A stretch of DNA of 64,000 bases from Paramecium tetraurelia. Taxonomy: Eukaryota. Location of the stretch: the NCBI GenBank assembly GCA_000165425.1, contig CT868230.1, forward strand, positions 62,001 through 126,000, in the 5' to 3' direction. Below are positions 39,601 through 53,957 of this stretch, piece after piece (the first letter of the stretch is position 1; every line of letters starts with the position of its first letter). The position numbers and the translations under genes were made by a program. The notes under the pieces were generated by a model, which saw nothing but the letters and a program-made list of their open reading frames with translations, ran no database searches and was not told the DNA's origin.

Positions 39601-40606
39601 TCAAATAATCATGGTTATTTAGAATGTTGGTTTTCAATTCCCCTTCATATTCTCCTTGGATGTCTGAATTATCAATTGAACCTGGTCTAATCGAAGTCTG
39701 GTTCTCTATTATATAAAACTAAGAGCCATGAAGGGATTCATGCAATCCATGATTGAAAGTCAATCCTGGATGGTAAAGATCCTCGTTTTTCTCTTCAAAT
39801 TGAGATCCCTACACTCCTTGATCATCTTATTGAGGTGCTATTATCTTCTATTCTTCCATTTCCTCTATATCCACAATGGAAATATGGGCGATCTTTCGGA
39901 TTGGGTTATTGACAAAGTTATAGTTTACATAGAATCTCCACAGTTCCCACCATTTGTAACTTATCACATAGTATTTCTAGGATGAGGCTGACGTCGATTG
40001 GAGCATCTCCTTGATTCTTTCTCTCTCCTTAAGCGGTCCAGGCAATAGTTCAAATATCTCGAAATACCTTGTTAGGTTGAAATTTGTGTCGATCCAAATT
40101 TTAAACATGCCCTTCTGCATTTCTGAAACCTCAAAATCAGTCTTCTATAGATATTGTCTATTTTCGTGTATAAAAAACTCCATCTCGGATTTACTCAATT
40201 TACCATCCTAATCAAAATCATAAAATGCCAACAGAATTTCTGCTCGGTCTCCCTCCTCTGAATTAAAGATCACACTCAACATAATACAAAGTTCTCGGAA
40301 ATCTATTCTGCCATTTTAATCAAAATCAAAACATTTGAAGACATGCAACGAGTTTTCCTAATCCTATAAACTTATTACTTTATGATTTCAACTTAGGAAA
40401 CAAAGTTCTGAATTTGAAATGATCCATGCCATCTATCGGATTCACGGCCAAATATTTCTGTTTAAGCATTTATAAATATGATGATGGCCACATGTCCAAC
40501 AAAGTACTCAAAGGTCTTTCCTTCAACAAATACAAACTTAATTTATCATCATATTTTACAGTGGATTCTACTTGTTCCTTTTACCACCTGTACAAAAGCC
40601 TCCCAT
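36699..40606 (-). CDS. Ubiquitin-specific protease with EF-hands and DUSP domain (USP32-like architecture)
   Basis: FDFDQNGRIDFREL and YDFDQDGKLSKSEM (EF-hands); YYVISYKWWELW, RPGSIDNS, DYLILPEAAW...WYG (DUSP); GLLNLGNTCFIN, QHDAQEFL, ILILHLKRF, YDLYAVANHFG...GHYTSY, WVHCDD, YLLFY. Confidence 0.93.
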
Positions 40607-40809
40607 GTTATCAAAATATTATTTATTTTATATTTTATTAAAATAACATCCAAATTTTTAATTTCCTCCAAAAAGTTTCACCATTCATCCTAAATCCCAA
40701 GGCTCTTATACATATAACATAAATAATTCAAAATTACTAACTTGATCTTTTTTTGAATATTTGATTAAATTAATATATCTATAGTAAATTATTTATAAAT
40801 ATTCAATGA

Positions 40810-41340
40810 TTATTAGAAACAATTATCTTGTCATTCTATCTCCTTATCTCTTCGTTCCCTAAGAAGTCGTCATTTTATTCTTATTCAAATTATTCCTCTT
40901 GGCGGTCAAAATTATAGAGCTCAAAAGGAACTTCTTAACCATCAAGAGTATTTAAATTACTAATCTTTATTTTAATATAGAAACTTTGCAACATTGCTTT
41001 TTATATCAAATTATTTAATTTTTGGGTCACCTTTTAACTAGAATTTGTAGATTCGATTGATCTTCAACTTAACTTGAAAAAGCACTCTATCTCGTCTTAT
41101 GTATTTGCCAATTCTTTTGTGGATAGACTTTAAACCGAACCTACGATTATTATAATAATAAAGAAGATTCCATTTTCTTTGATAATAAAAATCCATATGG
41201 TTTAAAAGGGAGGATCTTGCTTATTTTGCTTTTTTTGCTTATTTTGATTTCCTAAATCTTTATTCCATCAATAAAATCCTCTTAATTTAGTAGCCCATAA
41301 GTTCCTTTTTCACTACTACTTTTAAGTCTATCCGTTTCAT
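40810..41340 (-). pseudogene. Probable decayed gene relic
   Basis: ATG at 41340 followed by coding-like fragments in shifting frames (e.g. KMESSLLLQQSQVRFKVYPQKNWQIHK) that end in premature TGAs. Confidence 0.3.
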
Positions 41341-41558
41341 TTATATGATTTAATATTAATTTACAACTATAATTCAATTGATGACTATATAGTTTAATTT
41401 ATCCGATCAAAACTGATGGACGTGATGAATATTAAATATAGGAATGAATGGTCTCATTATAATACTATAATCAATAACAAAAAAAGTGTTATTTCATAAA
41501 ATAAATAATCTTGATTAAGTCTCTAACCAAGATTTAATGATCATAAATATTTTAATTA

Positions 41559-42638
41559 ATGAGCGAGAAAAAATAAAAAAGGAAACAGAATGATAAAGAG
41601 GATGGCGAATGGAAATGCTTAGAGTGTTGCAAATCCTATCTGTCATATCCAGCATTCTATACTCATTGCAAAACTAAACATGATTCCAAATGGCCGAAGC
41701 AATACAGCACTCCAAGACCTTTGGAAGAAATCAAGCGTGATAAAACAAAACCCAGAGTAAATTGTATGTGAAATTAATAGACCAATATGGATGAGCAAAA
41801 ATAGCATGAGAAGGAGGATCAGATCTTTGAATTTTTGGGCAAATTAGGGCAGAGCAATGAGGAGGAGGACTCGTCAAACAATTGCATTAGACACTATTTG
41901 AAATAACCAATCGACCCAATTAAATCATTGAATGATGATCTGTTTTAAGGAACAAATTATTTAAACATTTATAACCAAGTGTTGAAGGAATTGGAAGAAT
42001 TGAATAAAAAGGTACTTGATCAGGAAGCAATTTGGGATTTCAAAGATCCTCTTACATTAACAAACGAATTGGAAGAATTCACCTTTTCTAATCTCAAAGG
42101 AATGTTTCACCAACTTGATGGCCAATTGAATGTGGTTAATGTAACAGCCATCTTTATGGGATGGCTAAGTAGACATCTGAAAAAGAATGCTTATTAAGAC
42201 ATATCAATAATTAGCATTATTACAGCATATTTCTTTAAAAATTACTAATCCTTGAAATCTCAAGAGGTCAACACAGAAGGAAAACTAGACTTGATGTCCT
42301 TAGATCAAAATGAAGCACAACATGACGATCAACGCAAAAAATAATAAGAGTACTGCAAAATCGACAAGTAGAATGACACAGATTTAAAGAAGGAAGTTTT
42401 ATCCTAAATGAACAGTTATTTGGTATTAAAATCAAAATTATATTTATAGAAAAAAGAGTACCATAAATTTTAGAACCAAGTATCATACATTAGAACACCT
42501 GATATTGCCTAGGCATTCTTTTGTTTATTAATAGATTGGATAGAAGCATATTCTGATCTTGAGGATTACGTTGAAAAAGGAAAAGAAGTTCAATAGGAAA
42601 AATAACAATTATAAAAACAAGATGAAAAAGGAGAATGA
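41559..42638 (+). CDS. Single C2H2 zinc-finger protein (ciliate YLSYPA-type)
   Basis: WKCLECCKSYLSYPAFYTHCKTKH near the N-terminus; one intron; frame open to TGA 42636-42638. Confidence 0.85.
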
Positions 42639-43208
42639 TCTATTAAAATCATATAACATAAAACATTACTCAATAATGATGTTTGATTTATGACTATTTA
42701 AGAGAATCTCTAAATTTAATATATTAACTTTTGAATCCATCATTTCTTTTACAAGTACTATATCTTCAATGACTGAACACATTTCTTATTATTTCAATAA
42801 TTATAGAGATAAATTCAATATGTATTTCAGAAATACTTTTTGTTTTTCTCTAGAATTAAGATTTTAATGAAATATTTTATCAAATTATGGATTAAGACAT
42901 TTATTGTTAATTTTAGAAGAATACTGAGTCTCTTCTAACTATCTACCTTAATTAACAGTTGAAATCTTTTACCTAAAACTAATATATTATATTTAAAGTA
43001 GTAATCTTTATAACTTTACTGAATAATTATAAACATAAAATGCCCTTTGTTTCTAAATTTTGTTTATCAATGCTTAAAGTTTAGTAAGTTTATCAATATT
43101 TATATTATTTAGTTAAGTTATATAGAATTTGAAGTAGGACTTTCAATAATGTTTCATATATTTAATTTATATAAATCACAGAAGATCCGGTTCATTTTAA
43201 GATGGAGT

Positions 43209-43883
43209 TCAACAACCTTCTTAAAGAAGGTTATCCTTCCAAATGCCTTGTGTGACATGATTTCTACTTAGAAGAGAGCCTGGACCATTTCGTTTGCCCT
43301 TTTTAAAGAAACCATAGAATTTAAAAGTTTTGGTTTCTTCAATGGCTTCTCCACTTACCAAGCCATCTTCGAAATAACCTTTGTATCTGATATTTCCTTT
43401 GTTCAAAATTCCTAAGCCATGATACTTATCTTCTTTCCATTCTCCGATATAAATTAAATGGTTGTCAGAACTGTAGAGTGTGCCTTTGCCATGCCTCATT
43501 TAATTCTTGGTTTCCCCGTAATAAGTTGAGCCATCAACATAATCGATTTTGTGAGAGATGTCCTGTTCTTTGTTTGGACTTTGGTTTGCTTTTGAAAAAT
43601 GACTCTTTTGTCTAACAAGATTGGATAGTTCTGGGAAGCAAGAACTATGAGCAGGTTCGTTGGATTTAACTATTCGGATATAATTTATGGACTTACAATA
43701 AATATTAGAGTCTGGTCGGTGTTGAGAAGAATACCGATCATACAAGAGTGGTGAATTGGGAGAGCCTTGGGTGTGCAGATAGGAGGTGGCTGGAGAAAAG
43801 GTTCTGTTGGGAGAATGGTAGGGTACAAACATGGAAGGAGGGGATTAGATCAAAGGTGTCTAATTGAATAGATTCCTGTACAT
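43209..43883 (-). CDS. MORN-repeat protein
   Basis: DGSTYYGETKNQMRHGKGTL, YIGEWKEDKYHGLG, YKGYFEDGLVSG, FYGFFKKGKRNGPG, QGIWKDN; start may instead be the ATG at 43832. Confidence 0.88.
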
Positions 43884-43900
43884 ATTAAATTAAATAATAC
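43884..43900. promoter_or_regulatory. Putative ultra-short bidirectional promoter/leader between MORN and CDPK genes
   Basis: 17 nt (attaaattaaataatac) between divergent ATGs at 43883(-) and 43901(+). Confidence 0.4.
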
Positions 43901-45578
<1,678 letters not shown>

Positions 45579-46086
45579 TATTTCAACAATTATTATTAAT
45601 CTCTATAATCATTATTTCTGCCCACACAGTATTTGATTTACATTCCATTTCCAACTATTTATATCTATATTTATGTATTCAAATCATCTTTTAAGAAATG
45701 TCCTTAATATTAGAATTTATGAGTGGCTATAAATAGATTGGATACATGAAAAATCACCTTATATTAACAAAATGGTCATTCTTTTTATAATTGAAAAATC
45801 AAAAATTATTATTTTAAATCTAAATACTGGTACTCTCTAATTATTGAAGAACTCCCATCCTTTGATTACTCACAATAATCCAGGAAAAACCTGTTAGGAT
45901 GAGAATAAAAGGGTTTTGTTTGTGCCAATAGAATAGGTTTTTAGAGGTTATTGAACAAAAGGAGAGTTGAAACAATGTTAGTGTGAGTTTAAGATAAGAA
46001 TTAATAGAAAGTTATTGTAAGTGAAGTAATTTAGCTAAATAGTGTGAAATTAATTTATAAATAAAAATAATAAAAGATATTTTAGA

Positions 46087-47093
46087 ATGGCTACCCCAGA
46101 ATCATTAAACCCAGCTCCTCTTACTGGTTTAGGAGACCATTCTTACAAGAAGGTCTTGGAAGATGACTATTCAACTGGAAAGTTAAACCTCAAATTTAAG
46201 GGAAACACAAAGAATTTGGGCACTGCCAACTACAAGGGATGGTTAGATCTGAGCAAATAATAATCTAAGCAAGAGACTAAGTTCCAATTCCCCTACTAGA
46301 AGTATGAGTTTATGAAAATAACATAAGATATTTCTTCCAAATTGCCACAAGAGAAGATGGAGCAAAAGTACACATCGACTTTGGAGAAGTAGCCAAAGTT
46401 GGAAGCAATGGAAGACTTAATCTATTTGCCAATGCAAAATTAGGCAGCTCTCATTTGGGATAAGCAGTACTCAGATTTGGTGGTGTTACTTAATTCAAAT
46501 AAGTGACTAGTCACATACGTAAATAATCATAAATAAATTAGGTTTCGAATATAATCCAAGCAATGTCGTGAATGCATTCAACAGAGCCCTTTGGAAGAAT
46601 AACAATTGGGTCTCAGTATTTGCATAAGACGTTCAAGTCACAAATGGATTTAAAGTGAGAAGATTCGACTTCCTCATTGGACGCCTCTCATAGAATTATG
46701 ATGTCTTTTTCAGACACTTGACTTAAGATCCACAAAAACCCAAAGAAGTGCCTTAATTACTACAAGGAAAAGTAATTTTGGATCTTGTTTACAGAAAAGA
46801 TAAAAACACTTTCGGATTGGAGGCAGAATACAACTTAGCTAAATCTTAATTAAATGCTTTGGCTGGAGTCTCCACAAAGGTAGAAAAAGTAGATGTCAAA
46901 GCAAGACTCAATTTGACATAAAAGAAACTTGCTTTGAGTGGAAAAGGAAAACTGAATGACAGGTACATCATCAAAGTGTATGTGTAGATTCAATTGGACC
47001 CTATCAACCGAAGTACCAATCGACGGATCATCACCAGCCAAATAAGGTTTCTTACCAGTCCCAATTGGATTCACATTAGATGCATCATTATGA
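46087..47093 (+). CDS. Mitochondrial porin (VDAC-like beta-barrel)
   Basis: ~310 aa after three introns; N-terminal helix (SYKKVLEDDY), alternating amphipathic strands (DVKARLN, LALSGKGKL), C-terminal beta-signal-like IGFTLDASL. Confidence 0.75.
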
Positions 47094-47186
47094 TCAATAT
47101 TAGTATATATATAAAAATAAAATTTAATTGTGCTTAATGTTAGAATATTTCTAATGTATATTTGTTATGTATAAAATAAATTCCAA

Positions 47187-48728
47187 TCAATAATGATTAG
47201 ATTTGATATATTTGTTAATTAAATTAACCCATTGTTGAGCTGGTACGTTATTTTCTCTCTATTTGAAAATGTATTTCTTTTTATTTCTATCGCCAACAAT
47301 GAATTTCCCTTTCCCTAACAATTTGCATGAAGTAAATTAATTTAAGGGTATAATTCTCTAACAGATAACATCAAGATAATACCTTTTTATTGTTTAATTA
47401 AGGATTAGTATAGATAAAATTTGCAACCCCATCTTAGCATACAATGCTGGCATATCTAAGAGAGAACTGAGTCATAAACAGAACTCCATGTTCCTTATCT
47501 AATTGGCCTGATATGATTATGGAATCTGCCTTGTGTTTGGTTACAGAAATTCCTCTAACATCAAATTTATCCCGAGAGGTTAAGTTGTTTTCAACAAGGG
47601 TTGTTTGAATTCTACTCACCTTTCTTTTATATATGGTGGCTGTATTTAGAAAAGGGACATCTTACAACCACATCTATTTAAAATTAATTCCTCTAAAGAA
47701 TTGATGTTACTTGAGATTATCATAATTATACTGACAATCTAGCAATGATATTATTATTTAAATACCATTAAACTCTCCATGAAATCTCTTTGAAGGATCC
47801 TTATCGAGTAAAATCTTGATGAGATCCAAGGCATCATTGGGTATGCTTTATTCTTGTGACCATGAACATTGACTTATGTTATTAAACAATTCAAATTCAT
47901 TTTCTGAATAGAATGGAGTTTTATTTGTATATAATTGATAAATGAAACATCCTAAAGCCCATAAATCAGCTTATGGACCAATTACATTGTAATCAACTAG
48001 TTCAGGACACAAGTATTCGGATGTGCCCACAAAACTAGAATCTCTGCAATACTTAATTGTGGGTTTCTCAAAATCATTTAAAGAGGGAGACCTTTGTTTT
48101 TGATATTAAATTCTTATATCTTCTAGTTTATTTCCGATATCAATTTTAGTATGATCATAAACAAATACTGTTCCAAAATCAATAAGTTTTAAATGTTTAT
48201 CCTTGGTCAATAGAATATTCTCTGGCTTAACATCTCGATGGACCAACCCATTCTGGTGCAAATACTCAAGAATTAGCAACAATTCAGCTGCATAGAATTT
48301 TATTATTGAATCATTTAAAACATGCCCTAAGCATTATAAATATGAATTACTGTTCATGTATTCCAACAAATTACCATCAGTTAACACCTCAAGCGAGTAA
48401 TATAATTTATCTTGTTCTTCAAATGCGTTGAACAGTTTAATGATTCCTTTGTGTCTCAAATTACTCAGCACTTCTCTCTCAATACATGCATGATGCATCT
48501 TTTTCTCCTACACTATTGATGGGAATTGCTTACTTTAAGGAGGAAATTCTTGTCCACAATTTTGAGTGCTGATTCATGTCCAGTGAGTTTGTTCTTAGCC
48601 AACACTACTTCACTATAGGCCCCTTTTCCTAAAGGCTTTATGATGTCAAAGTCTTCATATTTGAGATCTACGAAACAATATGGAATTTTTGAGTTACTTT
48701 GCACATGGACAGGCATATCTGGATTCAT
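47187..48728 (-). CDS. PDK1/Pkh-like AGC kinase with a C-terminal PH-like domain
   Basis: [80 protein letters not shown]; tail ending [10 protein letters not shown]. Confidence 0.88.
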
Positions 48729-48823
48729 AAATATTATTATTTTATTCAACTTTTCACATATAAATTTATAACAATGTACTAATAATCAGTATTAATTAAA
48801 TAAAATTCGCCATATAATGAACA

Positions 48824-51123
48824 TCATCTTTCGATTCGTAATTTTTTAATTACAACCAAAATTTTACTCATGAACATTTTCAATCTTTACGTGTTTCCCA
48901 ATACATTTTCGTGATTGCAAATCGAATCAATAATGTAAACCAGCACTAAACCGCCATGAGTGATATCTTGAGCATATTCGTTCTGAAATTCCACAAATTC
49001 TTTCAAATGTTATCAATACTAAAAATACTCCAATTTAAAATATTAAACGATTTCATGACCTTAACATTGTATTCATTTTTTATAAATTTTACAATAAATT
49101 ACATTATGGGCATATCTAATATTTCTACGCGCAATGGATACTTCCCTAAAATTATAAATTAATGCTCTACTCTCAGTTCTCTCCAACGTGTTAATGTAAT
49201 ACATTATTTTATAATTGAAATCTATGTACACGCCGACATACTCATTCTTAGTTAACTAGATCGGAATGAAAATCTAATCAAATAAATCAAATATAGTGTT
49301 GTTTCTCCCTTAATATCGATCCGTAAAACTCCTTGCCCTAACTATTTATTGATGTTTAGTTACTTGACCACATTCTAGCTCAAAACCTAATAAAATTCTA
49401 AAGGCAGTATTAGAACTCTCTAAAATGTTTCCTACAAATACTTGAAATAAATGTCCATTATGTTCTAAGATAGAATTAAGGAGTCTTTCAGCTGATTATA
49501 TTCCGTCAAATAGATCTTTTGATTGAATTTCAGATCAATGACTGGATCCTGATCCATCTTCATATCTCTCCCTATAGATTTGGAGGTTGGGATTGGAGAA
49601 GACTAAAATGTTTTGTGAGTATTCTATACAGCCCTTGGTAATCCTATGTTCTCTAATAGCTTAAATAATAGAAAGTAATACTTTATCTTGAATGAAATCA
49701 GAATATTGATTAACAATTATTTCATATTGATAGGGATTGTATTTTGAATAATATTTTAAGAGGTGCAGTAGTTTCTCGATTGGCTTCGTGTAATTCATAC
49801 TGTTTTTATTCCCTTTTACTTGATCCTATAACATACCTTCTAAATCATCAAACTTCAATTTGAGTACTTATTCAGGACTGTAATAGGGATAGGTTGTTGC
49901 AATATTCTAATCCTTAGGATCCTTTTTTACAATGTGCTGTTTTAAATTATTCATACCATCAAGAAAGTCTTTTACTGAAATGGATTCTTTAATAAAATCT
50001 ATATTATCATTTGAGGGTTCTTGTATATTTATTTAATAAGCCTTTGGAGTTTTATTAAGTGAAAGTGTCTAATTTTATTTATAATTTTAGTTTTATTATT
50101 TTTATTCTTATTCCTATTGTTATATTTATATTTATTTTTATTTATATTGGTATTCCTATTTTTACATAAATTCTAATTATTTTTTTTAGTATTCCTATTG
50201 TTATCCGTAAACCTATTTTTATGCTTATGCTTATTTTTATCCATGTTCCTAATTTTATACTAATTCTTATTTTTATACTTATCCTAAATTAGGGTGGTTA
50301 TCAATTTTGATTAAGGATCTGTGTCTTGATTGGGATGAAGGTTGTCTCCTTTTATTTTCAAGTTGATTGTCTGCTTAAGCCAATTCAGAGAAGGATTTAG
50401 ATTGATTATTCATTTCGGTCAAAGGTAATAAATAAGTTTACTTTTTTGACTTTAAATTCGAATGACTTTATGATGAATTAATATCCTTTAAGAAATTGTC
50501 ATCTAAAATTCTTGAATATGACTCGCCCTTTTATTTCATCTATTTGATTCTATACTATTTTAGTAAAACCCATTTTATCAAAGCATGATCTAGACATTCT
50601 TGAAAGATTGAATCAATCTTTGATAAATCTTTATTCTTGTCGTTTAGGATTCGAATGAATACGGCAGCAATAACAGAAAGAAGATCTTTGGAATAGGATT
50701 TAATATGGTATATCTGTTAATCTGTAAAAGCATCTTCAAGTTAGGAATTTCCATTGATAAGGAATATCTGCTCATTCAAAGTATCCCAAAGCATCCCTCC
50801 GTATTTCATTCCTTTAAAAGTAATAACAATGGCATATTGTGGAATTCTGGTTCTAATTTCTTCAAATTGGGAGGGATGCTAAACTATGTAGGTTTCAAGA
50901 GTGATGTTCTTATGGATTTGGCTTTGGATGTACTTGAAGGTGTAATTGATGAGATTGGTGGTGATGATGTTGTGCTATGATATATTATTGATGTTAATAC
51001 ATATAAGTAAGACTCTGCTTCATCCATGGAGATTTGGTCTAAGAAGGGCCCTTTGGTGAGTTTCTGATAGTGTCTTTCATAGTCATCTTCATAGTCCAAG
51101 TAATTGGGATATTGTAAAGACAT
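48824..51123 (-). CDS. Gln-rich protein with a degenerate C-terminal Ulp1/SENP (C48)-like domain
   Basis: Continuous table-6 frame; C-terminal RARSFTDRY...IFDLFDQIFIPIQLTKNEYVGVYIDFNYKIMYYINTL...WKFVEFQNEYAQDITHGGLVLVYII (after a 29-nt intron). Confidence 0.7.
50070..50285 (-). repeat. Imperfect ~18-nt coding tandem repeat (QKQExx-like Gln-rich tract)
   Basis: Recurrent tattcctatt/ttatttttat units on +; translates as QVQKQELVQNQEHGQKQAQAQKQVYGQQQEYQ...QQQEQEQKQQNQ. Confidence 0.7.
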
Positions 51124-51264
51124 TTAATAAAAATTACAATTATTTTATAAGAGTAGGAAGTTATGCAGGAAGTCGATGATTGTAGTTTTATTTAGTAATT
51201 AAAGAAATGATGAATGTATTAAAATGAGTATACTGGTGTTCGACAATTAAATAATTAATTAAAA

Positions 51265-52211
51265 ATGTCAAACGCTAATAAGCCACCTCTTGTAATTATC
51301 CATCCCCTTGTGTTGATCTCAGTAGTAGATCACTATAATCGTATCATTTCCAAAACGCAACAACCCAGAGTAGTTGGTGCATTGTTGGGTATATAATCCA
51401 ATTTGAATCTTAGGTGAAAGAAAGGCTGATGGTGTGATTGATATCACTAACAGTTATGCTCTCCCATTTGAGGAGGATCCAAAGGATTAGAATATTTGGT
51501 ATTTGGATCACATTTACAATGAAACACTATTTGAATTACATAGAAAAGTAATGATCATCATCTCATAATGCTCTAGATTAACATAAATGAGAAGATAGTT
51601 GGATGGTATTCTACAGGATCCAGATTCAAACCCAATGACATTCAAATCAATCAAATATTTTACAAGTACACATCTACTCCAATTTTTGTGATCATCGATG
51701 TTCATCAATTTGATCCATTATCACTTCCAACTGAAGCCTATACATCAGTTGATGAGATCTCTAAATCAGGAGAAATAATCTAAAACTTTGTGCACATCCC
51801 CTCCACTGTATAAGCATTTGAACCTGAAGAAATCGGAGTTGAATAACTTTTAAGAGAAATCAATAATGTAGACACTCAATCACTTTCAGCCAAAGCAGAA
51901 CAAAAAATCAATGGAGTCAAAGGAATGAATAAGAAGATTGCTCAAATTTAATAATACTTAACTCTCATTTAATAAGGCAAAGTCAAACCTAATTAACTCA
52001 TTATCAACAATCTACAAGTATCTACTCATAATAACTCTAGGAAATCCTTAATTACTTGCCAAATTTAGGCTCATAAGACGTAGTTCAAGCATTCACTACC
52101 AAAAACAATGACAATATGTTGACAATATATTTGGCCTCTTTAATGAGAAGCATCATTGCCTATCACAACTTAATCAATAATTAAGCTTAATAAGAGAAAA
52201 AAGTAAAGTGA
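51265..52211 (+). CDS. RPN8: 26S proteasome lid subunit Rpn8/PSMD7 (MPN domain)
   Basis: [68 protein letters not shown]...[32 protein letters not shown]. Confidence 0.96.
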
Positions 52212-52601
52212 TATTTAGTTCATATATCTATATATTTATTCCCATAAATCAATAAGATTTAACAATATTTTAAAATAGTTGTGTATAATATATATCCTAT
52301 AATTGTCTTTATTTTTCTAAACGTCATTAACATATATTCATAATAATTATATTTATGTATAAGGTTTATCTTTCATAATAATTCATTATCAGTATAGAGT
52401 AAATTATTAAGAAAAGAATAATTGAAATAAAACTCAATAAATTCAAATTTCTATTTTATCCAGTGATTCAATTGAGTTTTCTTCAATTAGATCGTATCTA
52501 CTCTAAAATAAGTGAATAGAAAATTTATGGTATGTGATAGCATTTATTAGATTTAATTAGAGAGTAGTTATGATAATAACTGATAATATTTTATTAATTA
52601 A

Positions 52602-53923
52602 ATGTCGTTACTTTAAAAGTTTACAAAGTTATTCAAATCGAAGGATGAAATGCTAGAATCATTGGGAATTTTATTGAAACCTAAGTCTCAAAAGGATTTT
52701 GATGTGGCTTGTGAATATTTTGGATCTTTAATGAAGAGATACCCAGCAGTTGTTTTCAATCTCTTAAGATCAAAAGAAAATGTGGAGAGTTACTAACCTA
52801 AGGCAGAGCATCTATTGAATTTATTATTCGTAATTCATGCCAACATTTCTGATGATTCAGTGTGTGGATAGTTAAGAGGACCTCCAATTTATTGGTTAGA
52901 TAAACTAATAGACTGAGAACAAGGAAAGCTTCATTCTTATCGAAAGAATGATATGTGAAGCCAGTACATCTAGTTTCTTTCCACAATAATCCCCCATTAC
53001 TTAACCCTCCTAATTTCAGGGAAAGACTGAGTAAGTGAAAGAGAAGAGGAGAACAAGAATAGAAATGAACGAGTAACTTAAGAACCCTGTTTAAAAGACA
53101 GAAGCCCAATTAGTTTCATGTTAGTTAAAGGCTAAGATTTTTTGTATTATTTACTACTCGTTCCTCTAGAAATTATCAGTTAATTAATTGGTCTATTAAT
53201 CTTGTAAGGATTTGCAATATCCATTTGAAGAACCAGAAGATGTCAAATTGAGATATATTTGGATCTATAAGATTTAGAATGTAATGTTAATGGGTTTGAA
53301 ATTGTTGGAATGCAAGAATATTAAATATAAGATCCATTAGGATTTAGTATATCAGGATTTACTTAGATTCCAGGTATTTGTCAGGTAGGAGATAGAATAA
53401 TTGATTGATCAATATGCTACAATACCAAATTTAGATTGCTTGTCATTATATGAGATTTTTTCGGAATTTCAAAGAGCAAGGACTGTATTAGAAAATTACA
53501 ATGATGAAATCGATCTCAAATTAAGAGTCAGTACAAGACAGATTGAAGAATTTTTGAGTTTTTCAGTTAGAATTAAGGTTCTGAATCAATTTGCATTCAA
53601 GAAAAGCATAAAGGTTCCAAATAGACAATAGCCAAACATTTCTATTGCTTAACAATCCTAGTCTGATCGTAAAGTGAGATATATTAAATATTCTTTTGTA
53701 GCATCATAAGGCAGTGAGTGATATCAATAAAGAAAATTTGGAGCCTCTGAACTTTTAGGATTTGCAATATGAATAAACTTATGAAAGAGGAGTGATGGAG
53801 AAGAAATTTTACAATTAGTCTACTGAAAACAGTATGGATGACATTGGAGAGAACATTTAATTGGATGTTGTTTAGCATAGACCTTAGCATCTCAAGGGAT
53901 TAAGCACATTTCAATAATATTGA
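52602..53923 (+). CDS. Hypothetical helical protein (weak ANTH/ENTH-like resemblance); apparent +1 frameshift at about 52903
   Basis: MSLLQKFTKLFK...HLLNLLFVIHANI...IYWL then TGA 52914-52916; +1 frame continues (IYYSFLQKL, IWIYKIQNVM, LYEIFSEF) with one 28-nt intron to TGA 53921-53923. Confidence 0.6.
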
Positions 53924-53957
53924 CTAGTTTATTATTATCACAATTATAATTTATTAA

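Noticed and set aside
40355..40400. Apparent frame change before the first USP EF-hand
   Set aside because: Resolved by the 22-nt intron gttgaaatcataaagtaataag
48990..49030. Apparent frameshift/stop in the Ulp1-like gene
   Set aside because: Resolved by the 29-nt intron gtatttttagtattgataacatttgaaag
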